In this document: positions 1 to 11,000 of the stretch, piece after piece
How the letters are laid out: each line of letters begins with the position of its first letter
Numbering within the stretch: position 1 is the first letter of the stretch
Virus record (IMG/VR): IMGVR_UViG_3300025789_000020
Length of the DNA: 64,000 bases
Source: a virus
Reading direction: 5' to 3' (one strand)
Program-made: the position numbers and the translations under genes
The notes under the pieces: generated by a model
What the model saw: the letters and a program-made list of their open reading frames with translations, nothing else
What the model was told of the DNA's origin: nothing
The model's database searches: none

Positions 1-1314
1 TTTACTTTAACTAGCAACACACTTAGCAGTTCAAGTTCAACAATTAATTTATTACCAAGTGGAGTTAATCCTGTAGTTTATCAGGGTAGCTTAACTATTG
101 GTACTCAATTAAACATCACTGGTAATACTATTGCCAGCTTAGGTACAAACACTGACATTAATATTAGTACTACTGGCACAGGTAATATTAATATTAATGC
201 CAATACTACAGTTAACGGCAACTTGCATGTTACTGGAAATATTACAGCTGACGGTGGTAGCGGCGGAAATATTACACTAGGTAATCAAACTACTGATACA
301 ATTACATTCACCGGCGAAGTTAACAGTGATATTTTACCATCTACAACTGGAACATATAATTTAGGTTCTAGTAGTTTACAGTGGAATAACTTATACGTTA
401 ATACTGCTAATTTTACAAACATTACAGTAACTAATCTAGTAGCAACAGATATTAAAACTGCTAATTTAGATATTAGTGGTAACACAATTAGCACATATAC
501 TGCTAATACTGATATCAACTTTACTACTAGCAACAACTATGGGTTACAAACTGGTAACTTAAGATTTTACAACAGTACCGTTACAAACGTTGTATCTAAT
601 GCTATCACAACTATTGGAACAGCACCTGTAGTTGCAAACTTCACCGGAGCAATTGCACTAGGTACAGCCGTAACATTTGTAGGTAATATCAACGGTACAA
701 CACTAAATGTTACATCAGCTCCAACTGGTGCTGGCATTGTTGCTGGTTATATAATTACTGGTAACCAAGTTGCCGCTGGATCATATATTATAGCTAATCT
801 AACAGGCACCGGTACAAGTAGCACTAGCACTTGGACCATATTTCCAGCACAGGTAGTATCTGGAACTACTATAACAGCTACCCCAATTATATTAACTGTA
901 ACAAGTTTTATTGGATCAATTCCAATTGTAAACGGAATGATCATAGCAGATACAGGCAATGCTGTTACAGCAGGAACTTATATTACTGCTCTAGGTTCGG
1001 GGTCAGGCGGCAACGGAACTTACTATGTAACACCAAGCCAAACAGTATCAGCAACAGCAATGACTGCTACTGGTAGCGGCACTGGATATACTAAAATTGC
1101 AGGCACATATGGTATTGTAATACCTAACGGTGGAAGTAGTGCCAGACCATTACAAGCCTATTCTGAACTTGGAATGATTCGTTATAATACCGATCTTCAG
1201 CTAGTTGAAGTTTGGACTGGATCAGCATGGATATCAGTTGCTGGTAGTAGTAGCGGTGTTAACGCACTACAGGCCAATGATATTGGCTTTGCGGCAGCAA
1301 TAACTTTCGGATAA
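1..1314 (+). CDS. Virion structural/fibre protein, 5'-truncated by the window edge
   Basis: Frame 1 is open from position 1 (FTLTSNTLSS...) to TAA at 1314. Thr/Gly/Asn-rich beta repeats and a C-terminal GMIRYNT...EVW motif typical of T4-like fibre/baseplate proteins. Confidence 0.7.
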   Translation, partial: FTLTSNTLSSSSSTINLLPSGVNPVVYQGSLTIGTQLNITGNTIASLGTNTDINISTTGTGNININANTTVNGNLHVTGNITADGGSGGNITLGNQTTDTITFTGEVNSDILPSTTGTYNLGSSSLQWNNLYVNTANFTNITVTNLVATDIKTANLDISGNTISTYTANTDINFTTSNNYGLQTGNLRFYNSTVTNVVSNAITTIGTAPVVANFTGAIALGTAVTFVGNINGTTLNVTSAPTGAGIVAGYIITGNQVAAGSYIIANLTGTGTSSTSTWTIFPAQVVSGTTITATPIILTVTSFIGSIPIVNGMIIADTGNAVTAGTYITALGSGSGGNGTYYVTPSQTVSATAMTATGSGTGYTKIAGTYGIVIPNGGSSARPLQAYSELGMIRYNTDLQLVEVWTGSAWISVAGSSSGVNALQANDIGFAAAITFG

Positions 1315-1318
1315 AAGC

Positions 1319-1648
1319 ATGACAACATATTTTAGAACAACTGTAAAACAAGGCGTAGGCACAACACCTACAGCATTACTAACAACACCTAACACTAGTA
1401 CCTACACTGTTATTGGTATGAACTTGGCTAATACAACAGATGATGATGTTAGCTGTACTTTAACTGTTACTGATACTACTCCTACAACTGTAAACTATAT
1501 AAACTCGCTGATTATTCCGCCGTATACCAGTGCTAAAGTTATTACTAACGGTGAAAAATTAATTCTAGCAGGTAGTTGTAGTATGAGCTTAACTAGTGAT
1601 ACTGCCAGCAGTATTGATGTAACTATAAGTTACGCTGAGATTGTATAA
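1319..1648 (+). CDS. Small beta-rich virion protein (109 aa), similar to 20152..20472
   Basis: Tightly packed after the fibre gene; same size and T.P...T.....N..N pattern as the 106-aa gene. Confidence 0.55.
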   Translation: MTTYFRTTVKQGVGTTPTALLTTPNTSTYTVIGMNLANTTDDDVSCTLTVTDTTPTTVNYINSLIIPPYTSAKVITNGEKLILAGSCSMSLTSDTASSIDVTISYAEIV

Positions 1649-1659
1649 GGGAAAATATT

Positions 1660-2019
1660 ATGGCAGACAATTACTTTTTTGGTAGATCGCAAGATGAAAT
1701 GCTAGGTGATCAACCTAGATATATGTACGCATTACGCAGAACTGATGCCGGCGATTTGTATTTTGCTCGTGTTAATCAACTGAGCAGAACTGATAGTATA
1801 ACTATTAATAATAACGGTGCGTCTGGCGACAACTATCCTGACTTTCAGCCTGGTGTAGATTTTTTAGAAGGTCGAGATGTTAATCATAATTTAACATACG
1901 CAAATTTAAAGTACGAACAATTAAGATGGGATGATCGTAGCATTTATTATTATATTGATAGCCAAGGTAATCTTGTTGCTAGAATTGGTAGTAAGTACGC
2001 ATACCCTACTGGTATATAA
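1660..2019 (+). CDS. Hypothetical virion-module protein (119 aa)
   Basis: SD-like AAGGGA upstream, operonic spacing, phage-typical codon usage. Confidence 0.6.
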   Translation: MADNYFFGRSQDEMLGDQPRYMYALRRTDAGDLYFARVNQLSRTDSITINNNGASGDNYPDFQPGVDFLEGRDVNHNLTYANLKYEQLRWDDRSIYYYIDSQGNLVARIGSKYAYPTGI

Positions 2020-2038
2020 ACAAATATTGAGGTAAGAA

Positions 2039-5000
2039 ATGGCTGATTTTAAAATAAGTAGAATACGATTTACATGGCGCGGTCCTTGGATAACTGGCAC
2101 AGTCTATGCTAAAGATGACGTAATAAACTATGGCGGAAAATCTTACGTATGTGTCTTAGCCAATACTGCTAGTGCAAATTTTTATACAGATTCAGCCAGT
2201 TGGACTTTATGGTTTGATGGTTACACTTGGAAAGGTGTGTGGGCTGTTGGTACATTATACAACATAGGTGATTACGTAACATATGGCGGTGTAATTTATA
2301 TTTGTACTAGTGGACATACATCAGCTGCCACAACTCTATTAGGCCTTGAAGCAAATCAGTCAAGTTGGATTATCTACGCTCTTGCTGACGAATGGAGCAA
2401 ACATTGGCTAGCAAGTACACGATACAAAAAAGGTGACATTGTTCGATACGGACCAAGTCTATATCGTTGTAATACAGGGCACCAGACAGCCGCAACTCTA
2501 GAAGCAAATCAGTCTTACTGGGATGTTGTAAGCTATAGTGAAGATTGGAAAACAGACTGGGTTACTAGTTATCAATACAAACTAGGCGATGTAGTCCGAT
2601 ACGGCGGTATTGTTTATAAATGTCTAACAGGACATACTAGTGCGCCAACCGTTGCTTCTGGATTAGAACAAGATCAAAGCAAATGGGCAGTTCTACACAG
2701 CGGTATTGATTTTAAAACAAACTGGGCAACGGCAACTCGATATAAAGTAAATGATATTGTTAAGTATGGTGCTGACTTGTGGTTCTGTAATATTCCGCAT
2801 ACATCAACTACAACTTTTAGTACTACAAACTTTTCTTTATATGTACCTGGATTAGAATTTTCTAGTACATGGAGTGTTAGTACATCATACGTAGTAGGTG
2901 ATGTAGTAGTATACGGTGGATATCAGTATATCAGTGCAACTACAAATAACCAAGGTAATGTTCCGTCAACTGATTCAACAGATTGGAAACTATTATCTAA
3001 AAGTTATAACATTCGAGGCGACTACACTGCAACAAATTATAAAGTAGGTGATGTTGTTCGTCGTGATGGACAGCTATATGTTGCTATTGCAGACAACAAC
3101 GGAAATGATCCTACAGATACTTCTGCTTGGCAATTATTAATTTCAGGAGTACAGTGGAGAAATATTTGGGCTACACGATCATCTTATGCTCCAGGCGACA
3201 TCGTAACATTCAACGGTACTGCATATGTTTGTAAACAATTACATTCATCTACAACTAATAATAGTCCGCTAGTTGACAACACTTTTACATCGTTAATGAT
3301 TACTGGAGCTACAGGTACAGGAGCATTGACTACACAGACTGGTTCTATCACAGCAACTAGTGGGGTGAACGTTACAGTTAGTTCTTCATCAGGATTACAT
3401 ATAGGCGAGCCATTTGTGGTAGCAGGAACCGGCGGCGGCGGTCTAACTGCTGGGACTTACTATGTTGGAAATATTATTGACGGATCAACTATTTCACTAT
3501 CAGCAACATATCTTGGAGCACTAGGCACTGCTGATATTTCTTTTAGTGTAGCATCATTAACTGGAACTACATTTACAGCAACACCAAGTATTTCAGGACT
3601 TAGTACTGTAACGTTTCCAACACAGAGCAATGCTCCTTATACTCCTGGCGCTTCGATCATTGTATCAAATACAACACCAACAGGGTATAATGGAAAGTAT
3701 ACAGTAATAGTATGCACAAATACCACAGTTAGTTTTCCTAATTTAACTACAGGATTTACTACAGGTGGTTCTGTACAAAATGCGTCAGTGTATTGGGATA
3801 GATATGCCGCAGGTGATCAGTGGGTTTCAATTCAAAACTACGGTGACATCCCTACATATAATAATAACGCATTAAATTCAGCGTTGCCAACAGGCAACAC
3901 TGCAATTTCAATTGGAACAAAAGGACAACTACTACGTTCAAATGCACAAGTTACTAACGGAATTACTAACAATTCAAATGTTATCCCAGCCTGGAATAAT
4001 TTTGGCATCATTGGTAAAGTTTATTATGTTGCTATGAATGGAGTCGATGCTGTCGGCAATGGAACAACAGTTGACACGCCGTGGGCTAGTGTTGCATATG
4101 CTTGTCAAAATGTCATTGGCCCGGCAACTATTTTTATTAAAACAGGAACTTATTCTGAAATCCTTCCAATTAGTTTACCAGCAGGTGTTGCTATTGTTGG
4201 AGACGAGCTAAGGGGGACTGTAATACAACCAGCGGCTGGATATTCTGGTAGCAACATGTTCTATGTTCGTAATGGTTGCGGTATTAGAAATATGACTTTA
4301 CAAGGACTAGTTGGCGGGTTAACTCCAGCAAACCAATACTTAACTTCTCGTCCAACAGGCGGCGCATTTGTAAGTTTGGATCCAGGTGCTGGCCCGAGCG
4401 ACACTAGTGTACAAATTACTACCAAGTCACCATATTGTCAAAACGTTACAATGTTTGGTACTGGATGCACCGGTGTTAAGATTGATGGTACCCTGCATAA
4501 TGCGGGCAATCGTTCTATTGTTGCTAACGACTTTACTACTATTATCAGTGATGGTATTGGTGCATGGTGTACTGGACCTAGTGCGTTAACTGAATTAGTT
4601 TCAGTGTTTAATTATTACGGACACATTGGATATCTAGCAGAAGCTGGCGGCAAAATCCGTGCAACTAATGGTAACAGTTCATACGGTACATATGGTACAG
4701 TTGCCGAAGGATATGATACTACTGAAGTTCCGTTAGCTGGAACTGTTAACAATCGTAGCCAACAAGCACAAATACAAGCAGCCTTTGCTGGACAAGCAAA
4801 TAATAAAATTCTTAGATTAGAATTTGCTAATGCTGGACAAAACTATACAACAGCAACCTACACATTTAGTGGAGCAGGTATAGGTGCAGTTGCGATTGCT
4901 GATGAATTTAGAGATTTAGGAATTTTTGAAGCACGAATTTCAGGTCCTACTGATATAACAGCTGGCGGTACTGGATATCTAACAGCCGGTAACCAGGCAG

Positions 5001-7948
5001 GTGGCGGCACAACTACGTATGTTACACTTGCATCAAATGATCAAAATACTATCACAAACTATTTTGGTATGAGATTAATTGTTACTTCTGGTACAGGTGT
5101 TGGCCAGTACGGCTATATTCAATACTACAACAGCAGTACAAAAGTTGCGTATATCTGTAGAGAAAGTTTCCCTCAAGTAACTACTACTGGATCTAGCTCA
5201 GCTGGAAACACAATATCTTGTTTATCAACTTCTAGTTTGCAAGTTGGCCAGGGGATTATGTTTGCTCCAAGTACTCAAACTACTGCGGCAGTTTCATCAT
5301 CTTCAGTGGATAATACTATCACACTAAGTAGTACTGCGGGCATGTTTGTTGGTGAGAATATTTCATTTGCAGTTAACCCAACGTACTCGATTATCTTTGC
5401 TGGCGTAAGTCCCGGAACAAGTTATTTTATCTATTCAATTAATGGTAATAAAATCCAGCTATCGACTACATTACCTACTACTGCTGGTGGTACTGGTGGT
5501 ATCCTTGGTATTTCTACATATGCTGGTTCTGCTAACATGATTGTTACTGCACAGGGTGTTATTGGTGGAATTGTCTGGGGAACACCTTATTGGGTATTGA
5601 CTAATAATACTACTTCTAATCAGATTACAATTAGTGCAACTGCTCCAGGAACATTTAATGGAACCAGTAATAGCACACAAACTATTAGCGGAGTCACTAG
5701 TACTGTTGGTATTATTGTTGGCGGTGCAGTCACTGGCCCAGGTGTTCCAGCAGGAACTACTGTATTGACTACTGGTATCAACACAGTTACATTAAGTGCC
5801 GCAACTACTACTAGCCAAACAGCTACTTTCACATTTGCCGGCGTAGTAGTTACAGTAATTACTAGTAACGGAAATTCTTTTATAGGGGCTGTTGGCTTTG
5901 ATAATATTCTTCCAGGCCAACCTATTGCCGCAACACTAGATTCAACTACAGTGTATTCTGTTGAACCTCGAGTAACTTTTTCAAATCCTGGATTTACCAC
6001 AGCTCAACAGTCGTTACCTGCAACTAGTACTTGGAGTGCAATGACTTACGCTTTAGGAACTTTTGTTGCAATTGATCAAACGCAACAAGTTGCATTGTCG
6101 ACCGATGGAAAAAATTGGGTTTCAGCTATATCTCCTCCTACTGCCTTAACTGGCGGCGCAACATGGAATGCTATGAGCTTTGGCCAAGGTTTCTTTGTTG
6201 CTGTCGCAGGAGGCTCAAGTCTAAGTAACATAACTTCGATATCAAATACTGGAGCATCATGGTCTGCTGGTGGTAACATGCCAGTAGCCGCTAACTGGTC
6301 AGCATGTACAGCTGGTAACGGTACATTTGTTGCAGTAGCAAGCGGAAGTACATATTCTGCTACCTCTACAAGCGCAACTTCGTGGTCTAACGGAGGCTCA
6401 TTACCAAGTGCATCTAACTGGACTAGTGTTGCATACGGTTCGATTGGTACTTGGGTAGCAGTATCAAGCGGTAGTGCAAATGCAGCCTATTCTACTACTA
6501 ACGGAAGTTTATGGACTGCATGTACATTGCCAGCAAGTAGTACATGGATATCAGTAGCATGGGGTAACGGCAGATTTGTAGCAATAGATCAAACTAACCA
6601 AGTAGCGTACTCCTTTGACGGTATCACATGGACTTTAAACACTTTACCAACTACACAAACTTGGACTAGTTTAACATATGGACAAGGCTTATTCTTTGCA
6701 GTTGCGACAAACACTAGTGTAGCAGTAACTAGTCAAGATGGCCTATACTGGACTATGCAAACTATGCCAGTTAGTTCTACATGGAGTGTAGTAACATTTG
6801 GTAACCCTACAACACTAGCAGGCGCTGTTACACCAATATGGGCGGCAATTTCTAATGCATCATCAAACGTTGCAGCCAGCATACAAACTGGTGCTCAAGC
6901 TATTGGACGAGTTGTAGTAGCAAGTGGTAAACTTAGTTTAGTAAAATTATATGAACCAGGTAGTGGTTATCAAACAACACCAACAGTTACTATATACGAC
7001 CCTAATGCTACACTAGCGGTAACAACTACCTGTAGAACAGCGACCGGAGTATTAGGTAATCCTACATTCTTGAATAGAGGTAATGGCTATCAAACATCAA
7101 CTACTACAGTTGCAGTCAACGGTAACGGATTTGCAGATATACTACAATCTAGTCAATACTTGTATGTTAGCGGACTATCAGCATCACCTACACCAGGTGC
7201 GGCGTTGACTATTAGTGGTAATGGGCTTTTATATCGAGTGGTAGTTATAACTCCGCTAGGTAATGGAAATTATTATTTTCAAATTGCGGCTAGCTTGACT
7301 ATTAGTCTAGCACCGGCACACGGAACAACAATTAGTATTCGATTAAAATACAGTCAGTGTAGAATTACTGGACACGACTTCTTATATATCGGTACTGGTA
7401 ATAAGGCATTAACAAATTACCCGAACGTTAATCCGTTGAACGCGGCTAGTTATAAACAAATTGCTGAAAACAACAGTGGACGAGTATTCCAAACATCAAC
7501 AGACCAAGACGGTAACTTTAAGGTCGGTAACTTGTTTGCGGTTCAGCAAGCATCTGGTATTGTTACAATTTCAGCTAACCAATTTAGTTTAGCTGGTTTA
7601 ACAAAACTAGTAATTGGCGGATTATCAGCAGGTGCAAACTCTGTAACAATTAACAGTTTTTCAACAGACAGTTATTTTGTTGCAAACAGTGACTCAGTAG
7701 TTCCTACTCAAAAGGCAGTTAAAGCATATCTTGCAAGAAATATTGCTGGTGGTGGTTCTAATGCACAAACTGGAGCTGTTATTGCTGGTACAGTTGGAGT
7801 AGGCGGATCACAGAAAATTTATTCAAGCGTAGGACAACAGATATTAATGAGAGCAACTTTAAATATCAAAGGTCCTAATGCTGGTATTAATGGAGTAATG
7901 CTGGCTCATGCAATATTCGCTAGCAGTTTCACTGGTAATGCGGCTTGA
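2039..7948 (+). CDS. Giant tail fibre/spike protein (1969 aa): 8 CBM5/12-like repeats, pectin-lyase-like beta-helix, beta-propeller
   Basis: SD GAGG. W....Y...D.V.YGG..Y.C...H repeats; YVA.NG.D..G...P W ... KTG.Y.E ... IVGDELR beta-helix start; W...AYG.G.FVA propeller blades. Confidence 0.75.
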   Translation: MADFKISRIRFTWRGPWITGTVYAKDDVINYGGKSYVCVLANTASANFYTDSASWTLWFDGYTWKGVWAVGTLYNIGDYVTYGGVIYICTSGHTSAATTLLGLEANQSSWIIYALADEWSKHWLASTRYKKGDIVRYGPSLYRCNTGHQTAATLEANQSYWDVVSYSEDWKTDWVTSYQYKLGDVVRYGGIVYKCLTGHTSAPTVASGLEQDQSKWAVLHSGIDFKTNWATATRYKVNDIVKYGADLWFCNIPHTSTTTFSTTNFSLYVPGLEFSSTWSVSTSYVVGDVVVYGGYQYISATTNNQGNVPSTDSTDWKLLSKSYNIRGDYTATNYKVGDVVRRDGQLYVAIADNNGNDPTDTSAWQLLISGVQWRNIWATRSSYAPGDIVTFNGTAYVCKQLHSSTTNNSPLVDNTFTSLMITGATGTGALTTQTGSITATSGVNVTVSSSSGLHIGEPFVVAGTGGGGLTAGTYYVGNIIDGSTISLSATYLGALGTADISFSVASLTGTTFTATPSISGLSTVTFPTQSNAPYTPGASIIVSNTTPTGYNGKYTVIVCTNTTVSFPNLTTGFTTGGSVQNASVYWDRYAAGDQWVSIQNYGDIPTYNNNALNSALPTGNTAISIGTKGQLLRSNAQVTNGITNNSNVIPAWNNFGIIGKVYYVAMNGVDAVGNGTTVDTPWASVAYACQNVIGPATIFIKTGTYSEILPISLPAGVAIVGDELRGTVIQPAAGYSGSNMFYVRNGCGIRNMTLQGLVGGLTPANQYLTSRPTGGAFVSLDPGAGPSDTSVQITTKSPYCQNVTMFGTGCTGVKIDGTLHNAGNRSIVANDFTTIISDGIGAWCTGPSALTELVSVFNYYGHIGYLAEAGGKIRATNGNSSYGTYGTVAEGYDTTEVPLAGTVNNRSQQAQIQAAFAGQANNKILRLEFANAGQNYTTATYTFSGAGIGAVAIADEFRDLGIFEARISGPTDITAGGTGYLTAGNQAGGGTTTYVTLASNDQNTITNYFGMRLIVTSGTGVGQYGYIQYYNSSTKVAYICRESFPQVTTTGSSSAGNTISCLSTSSLQVGQGIMFAPSTQTTAAVSSSSVDNTITLSSTAGMFVGENISFAVNPTYSIIFAGVSPGTSYFIYSINGNKIQLSTTLPTTAGGTGGILGISTYAGSANMIVTAQGVIGGIVWGTPYWVLTNNTTSNQITISATAPGTFNGTSNSTQTISGVTSTVGIIVGGAVTGPGVPAGTTVLTTGINTVTLSAATTTSQTATFTFAGVVVTVITSNGNSFIGAVGFDNILPGQPIAATLDSTTVYSVEPRVTFSNPGFTTAQQSLPATSTWSAMTYALGTFVAIDQTQQVALSTDGKNWVSAISPPTALTGGATWNAMSFGQGFFVAVAGGSSLSNITSISNTGASWSAGGNMPVAANWSACTAGNGTFVAVASGSTYSATSTSATSWSNGGSLPSASNWTSVAYGSIGTWVAVSSGSANAAYSTTNGSLWTACTLPASSTWISVAWGNGRFVAIDQTNQVAYSFDGITWTLNTLPTTQTWTSLTYGQGLFFAVATNTSVAVTSQDGLYWTMQTMPVSSTWSVVTFGNPTTLAGAVTPIWAAISNASSNVAASIQTGAQAIGRVVVASGKLSLVKLYEPGSGYQTTPTVTIYDPNATLAVTTTCRTATGVLGNPTFLNRGNGYQTSTTTVAVNGNGFADILQSSQYLYVSGLSASPTPGAALTISGNGLLYRVVVITPLGNGNYYFQIAASLTISLAPAHGTTISIRLKYSQCRITGHDFLYIGTGNKALTNYPNVNPLNAASYKQIAENNSGRVFQTSTDQDGNFKVGNLFAVQQASGIVTISANQFSLAGLTKLVIGGLSAGANSVTINSFSTDSYFVANSDSVVPTQKAVKAYLARNIAGGGSNAQTGAVIAGTVGVGGSQKIYSSVGQQILMRATLNIKGPNAGINGVMLAHAIFASSFTGNAA

Positions 7949-7976
7949 TAACTAAAATGAAGATTTTAAGAAAACA

Positions 7977-7982
7977 TAAATA
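7977..7982 (+). promoter_or_regulatory. Late promoter core TAAATA
   Basis: Intergenic; the same core recurs at 29511, 33873, 44480, 46358, 50399, 52705, 54435 and 56042. Confidence 0.6.
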
Positions 7983-8008
7983 CAACATAATGAGAATTGG
8001 AGCATTGA

Positions 8009-11000
8009 ATGGCTGAATTTAAACTAGGTAGAATTAAGTTCGTATGGCAAGGTAATTGGAGCGCATCCACTACCTATGTAAAAGACGACGTGGTACGCTA
8101 TGGCGGCCAAACGTATATGTGTGTCCTTGGACATACTGCAACTTCCAATTTTTATACGGACTTAGCTTCTGGTGATTGGCAAATAGTCAGTGATGGTTCA
8201 ACTTGGACCGGTGCTTGGGTAACTAGCACTTTTTATAAACTACGTGATATAGTTAGTTATGGTGGACGCCTTTATATTTGTAACACTCCGCACACATCTG
8301 CGGCAACTACAATTCTAGGGCTTGAAGCAAATCAAAGTAACTGGGATTTGTATGCCAGTTCTTTCAATTGGGTATCAGCTGGTTGGACTGTTAGTACAAA
8401 ATATAAAGTTAACGATATTGTCAACTACGGTGCTAATACATATATTTGTAATACCGCACACACTTCGGCTAGTACAACAGCACTAGGTCTTGAAAATGAT
8501 ATTTCTAACTGGGATATATGGACTAAAGGATTAGCTTGGACTGGTGCTTGGACTACTTCATATCGTTACAGAGCTAACGATATTGTATTATACGGTGGCA
8601 TTTCTTATGTGTGTAACACAGGGCATACATCTGCGTCTACAGCAACTTTGGGACTTGAAAATGATCAAAGTAAATGGGATTATCTACATAAAGGTATAAC
8701 ATACTTAGGAGCATGGAGTGGTAGTTCTGTTCGATACAAAGCAAACGATGTTGTTAAGTACGGCGCCGACTTGTGGATTTGTGGAACAGCACATACTTCT
8801 TCATCTACTTTTGCAACAGCTAACTGGTCAGTATGGATTGCAGGATTGCAATTTTATAACAGTTGGTCAAACGGCACAACATACCAAAACGGTGACATAG
8901 TAACATACGGTGGATACCAGTATGTATCACTAACTGTTAATACCGGAAGCACCCCATCAGCTACTTCAAGTGATTGGTCAATATTTACAACCGGCTTTAC
9001 TTTGTTAGGCGATTGGGTTAGCGGAACATCATACCAAACAGGTAACGTTGTTCGTCTAGGCGGTTATACTTATGTTGCTACATTAGACAATTCAGTTCAA
9101 ACAGTTACAGCAACAGCTACAACTAATACAACTGCATCAAATACTGGAGCGTTCATTACTGGTACTACAATGACCGCGGCAGGTACTCAGACAGGTACTT
9201 ACAGTGCAGGCATGACTTTAACTGGCGGAGCAGTTGCAGTAGGTACTACTATTACCACAGTTAATACAGCAACAATGGGCAATTCTAGTATTCTAGGACA
9301 GACATTAACAATCAGTGGAACAATTACTGGTACTATCAGTATTGGTATGGTTGTTACAGGCGGCGCAATTACTGCTGGTACATATATTACTGCTGGTAGT
9401 GGAACAAGCTGGACTGTTAACCAAACACAATCTGGAGTCTCATCTATCACTATTACTGGTACAAGTTATACTGTTAGTTCTTCACAATCAGTTTCATCGG
9501 CTAATATTACTGGTAGTATTAATGCTATTACAGTTGGATCAACTGCTAAATTATTACCTAATTTACCATTAGTATTCAGCGGTACAACTTTTGGTAATAT
9601 TGTAGCTAACACAACAACGTACTATGTTGGAACAATCATTAGTCTTACACAGTTTACAGTAAGCACATCATCAGGTGGATTACCATTTACACTAGTAACA
9701 GCTTCCGGCTCAATGACTGGAACAACAAATCCAACCCCTCCATTTACTGGTTACTGGTCAAGATTAAACAGCGGTATTCGTTGGAACCCAACAACACAGA
9801 CTTACTCTGCTATAAGCGGTACTAATGTTATAGGTAGCGGATCTAGTGCAACATTTAACGTTATCGCAAGTAGCACAACGTACACAGTGACCGTTGCTAA
9901 CGGGGGAACCGGTTATGCAAATACTAATACTATCAAGATTTTAGGAACTTCACTAGGTGGAATTAGTCCAGCAAACGATTTATTAATTACTGTTACTAAC
10001 GTATCAGGCGGTGTAATTCAATCAGGCGGAATTTCAACTACTGGTTATGCAGTAAGTTGGGCAACCGCTACTGGATACGTAGCAGGTGATACAGTTACTT
10101 TTGGTTCTAATAGTTATATTTGCGTGGCAGCTCATACCAGTGCAAGCGGAAACAGACCAGATGCAGATGTAACCGGTACCTACTGGAACGTACTAGCAGT
10201 TGGATCAGTGACTAACGTATTGACTACACAAGGCGATACAATTTATTATGGCGGCGCAGGTCCAACACGTTTACCAATTGGTACAGACGGACAAGTACTA
10301 CGCACATCTACAGTTGCTGGACAACTTACCCCTCAATGGGCATACTTTGGCGTTATTAATAATGTAGTGTATGTTGCTCCTACAGGAACTGACGTATTAG
10401 GTAATGGCCAAGGACAAACTCTTGATAAACCATGGCAGACTGTTCGATATGCAGCCTTGCAAGTTGAAAATGGTTACTTAAACACTAGTGCTCAAGCATT
10501 GCTAGCTAAGAACAAACAGTTTATGATGAAAGAAATTACAAACTTCATCATCTATAACTACACTGTTACAATTACAGCCACAACAGGCGGATCTCCAGGC
10601 ACTGGCACTAACAGTACTTTTACTTGTAACTCAACGGCCTACTTGTCATTGTACATGCCAATTGTTTTTAGCGTAACCTCAGTGAACGTTACCGCAGGTG
10701 TTACATATTATATTTCTAACATTGTTGATGCAACACACTTTTCTATCAGTACATCCTACGGTGGAACTACACAGGCGTTAACAGCTACAGGAAATATTGG
10801 ACAAACTGCAACACTAGTTTATAATTCAGCAAAGTGTGAGAGAGATGTTGGATACTTAGTAGATGCCGCTATATTTGATATTGGGCACGGTGGAAATCAA
10901 AAGAATACCTCAGCCGCACAGTCATATTTTAACAGCACCGGCAATCCAATTACTACAAGTTTTGGTTATCAAATTTCACAAAGTGTAACAGCTTATACTT

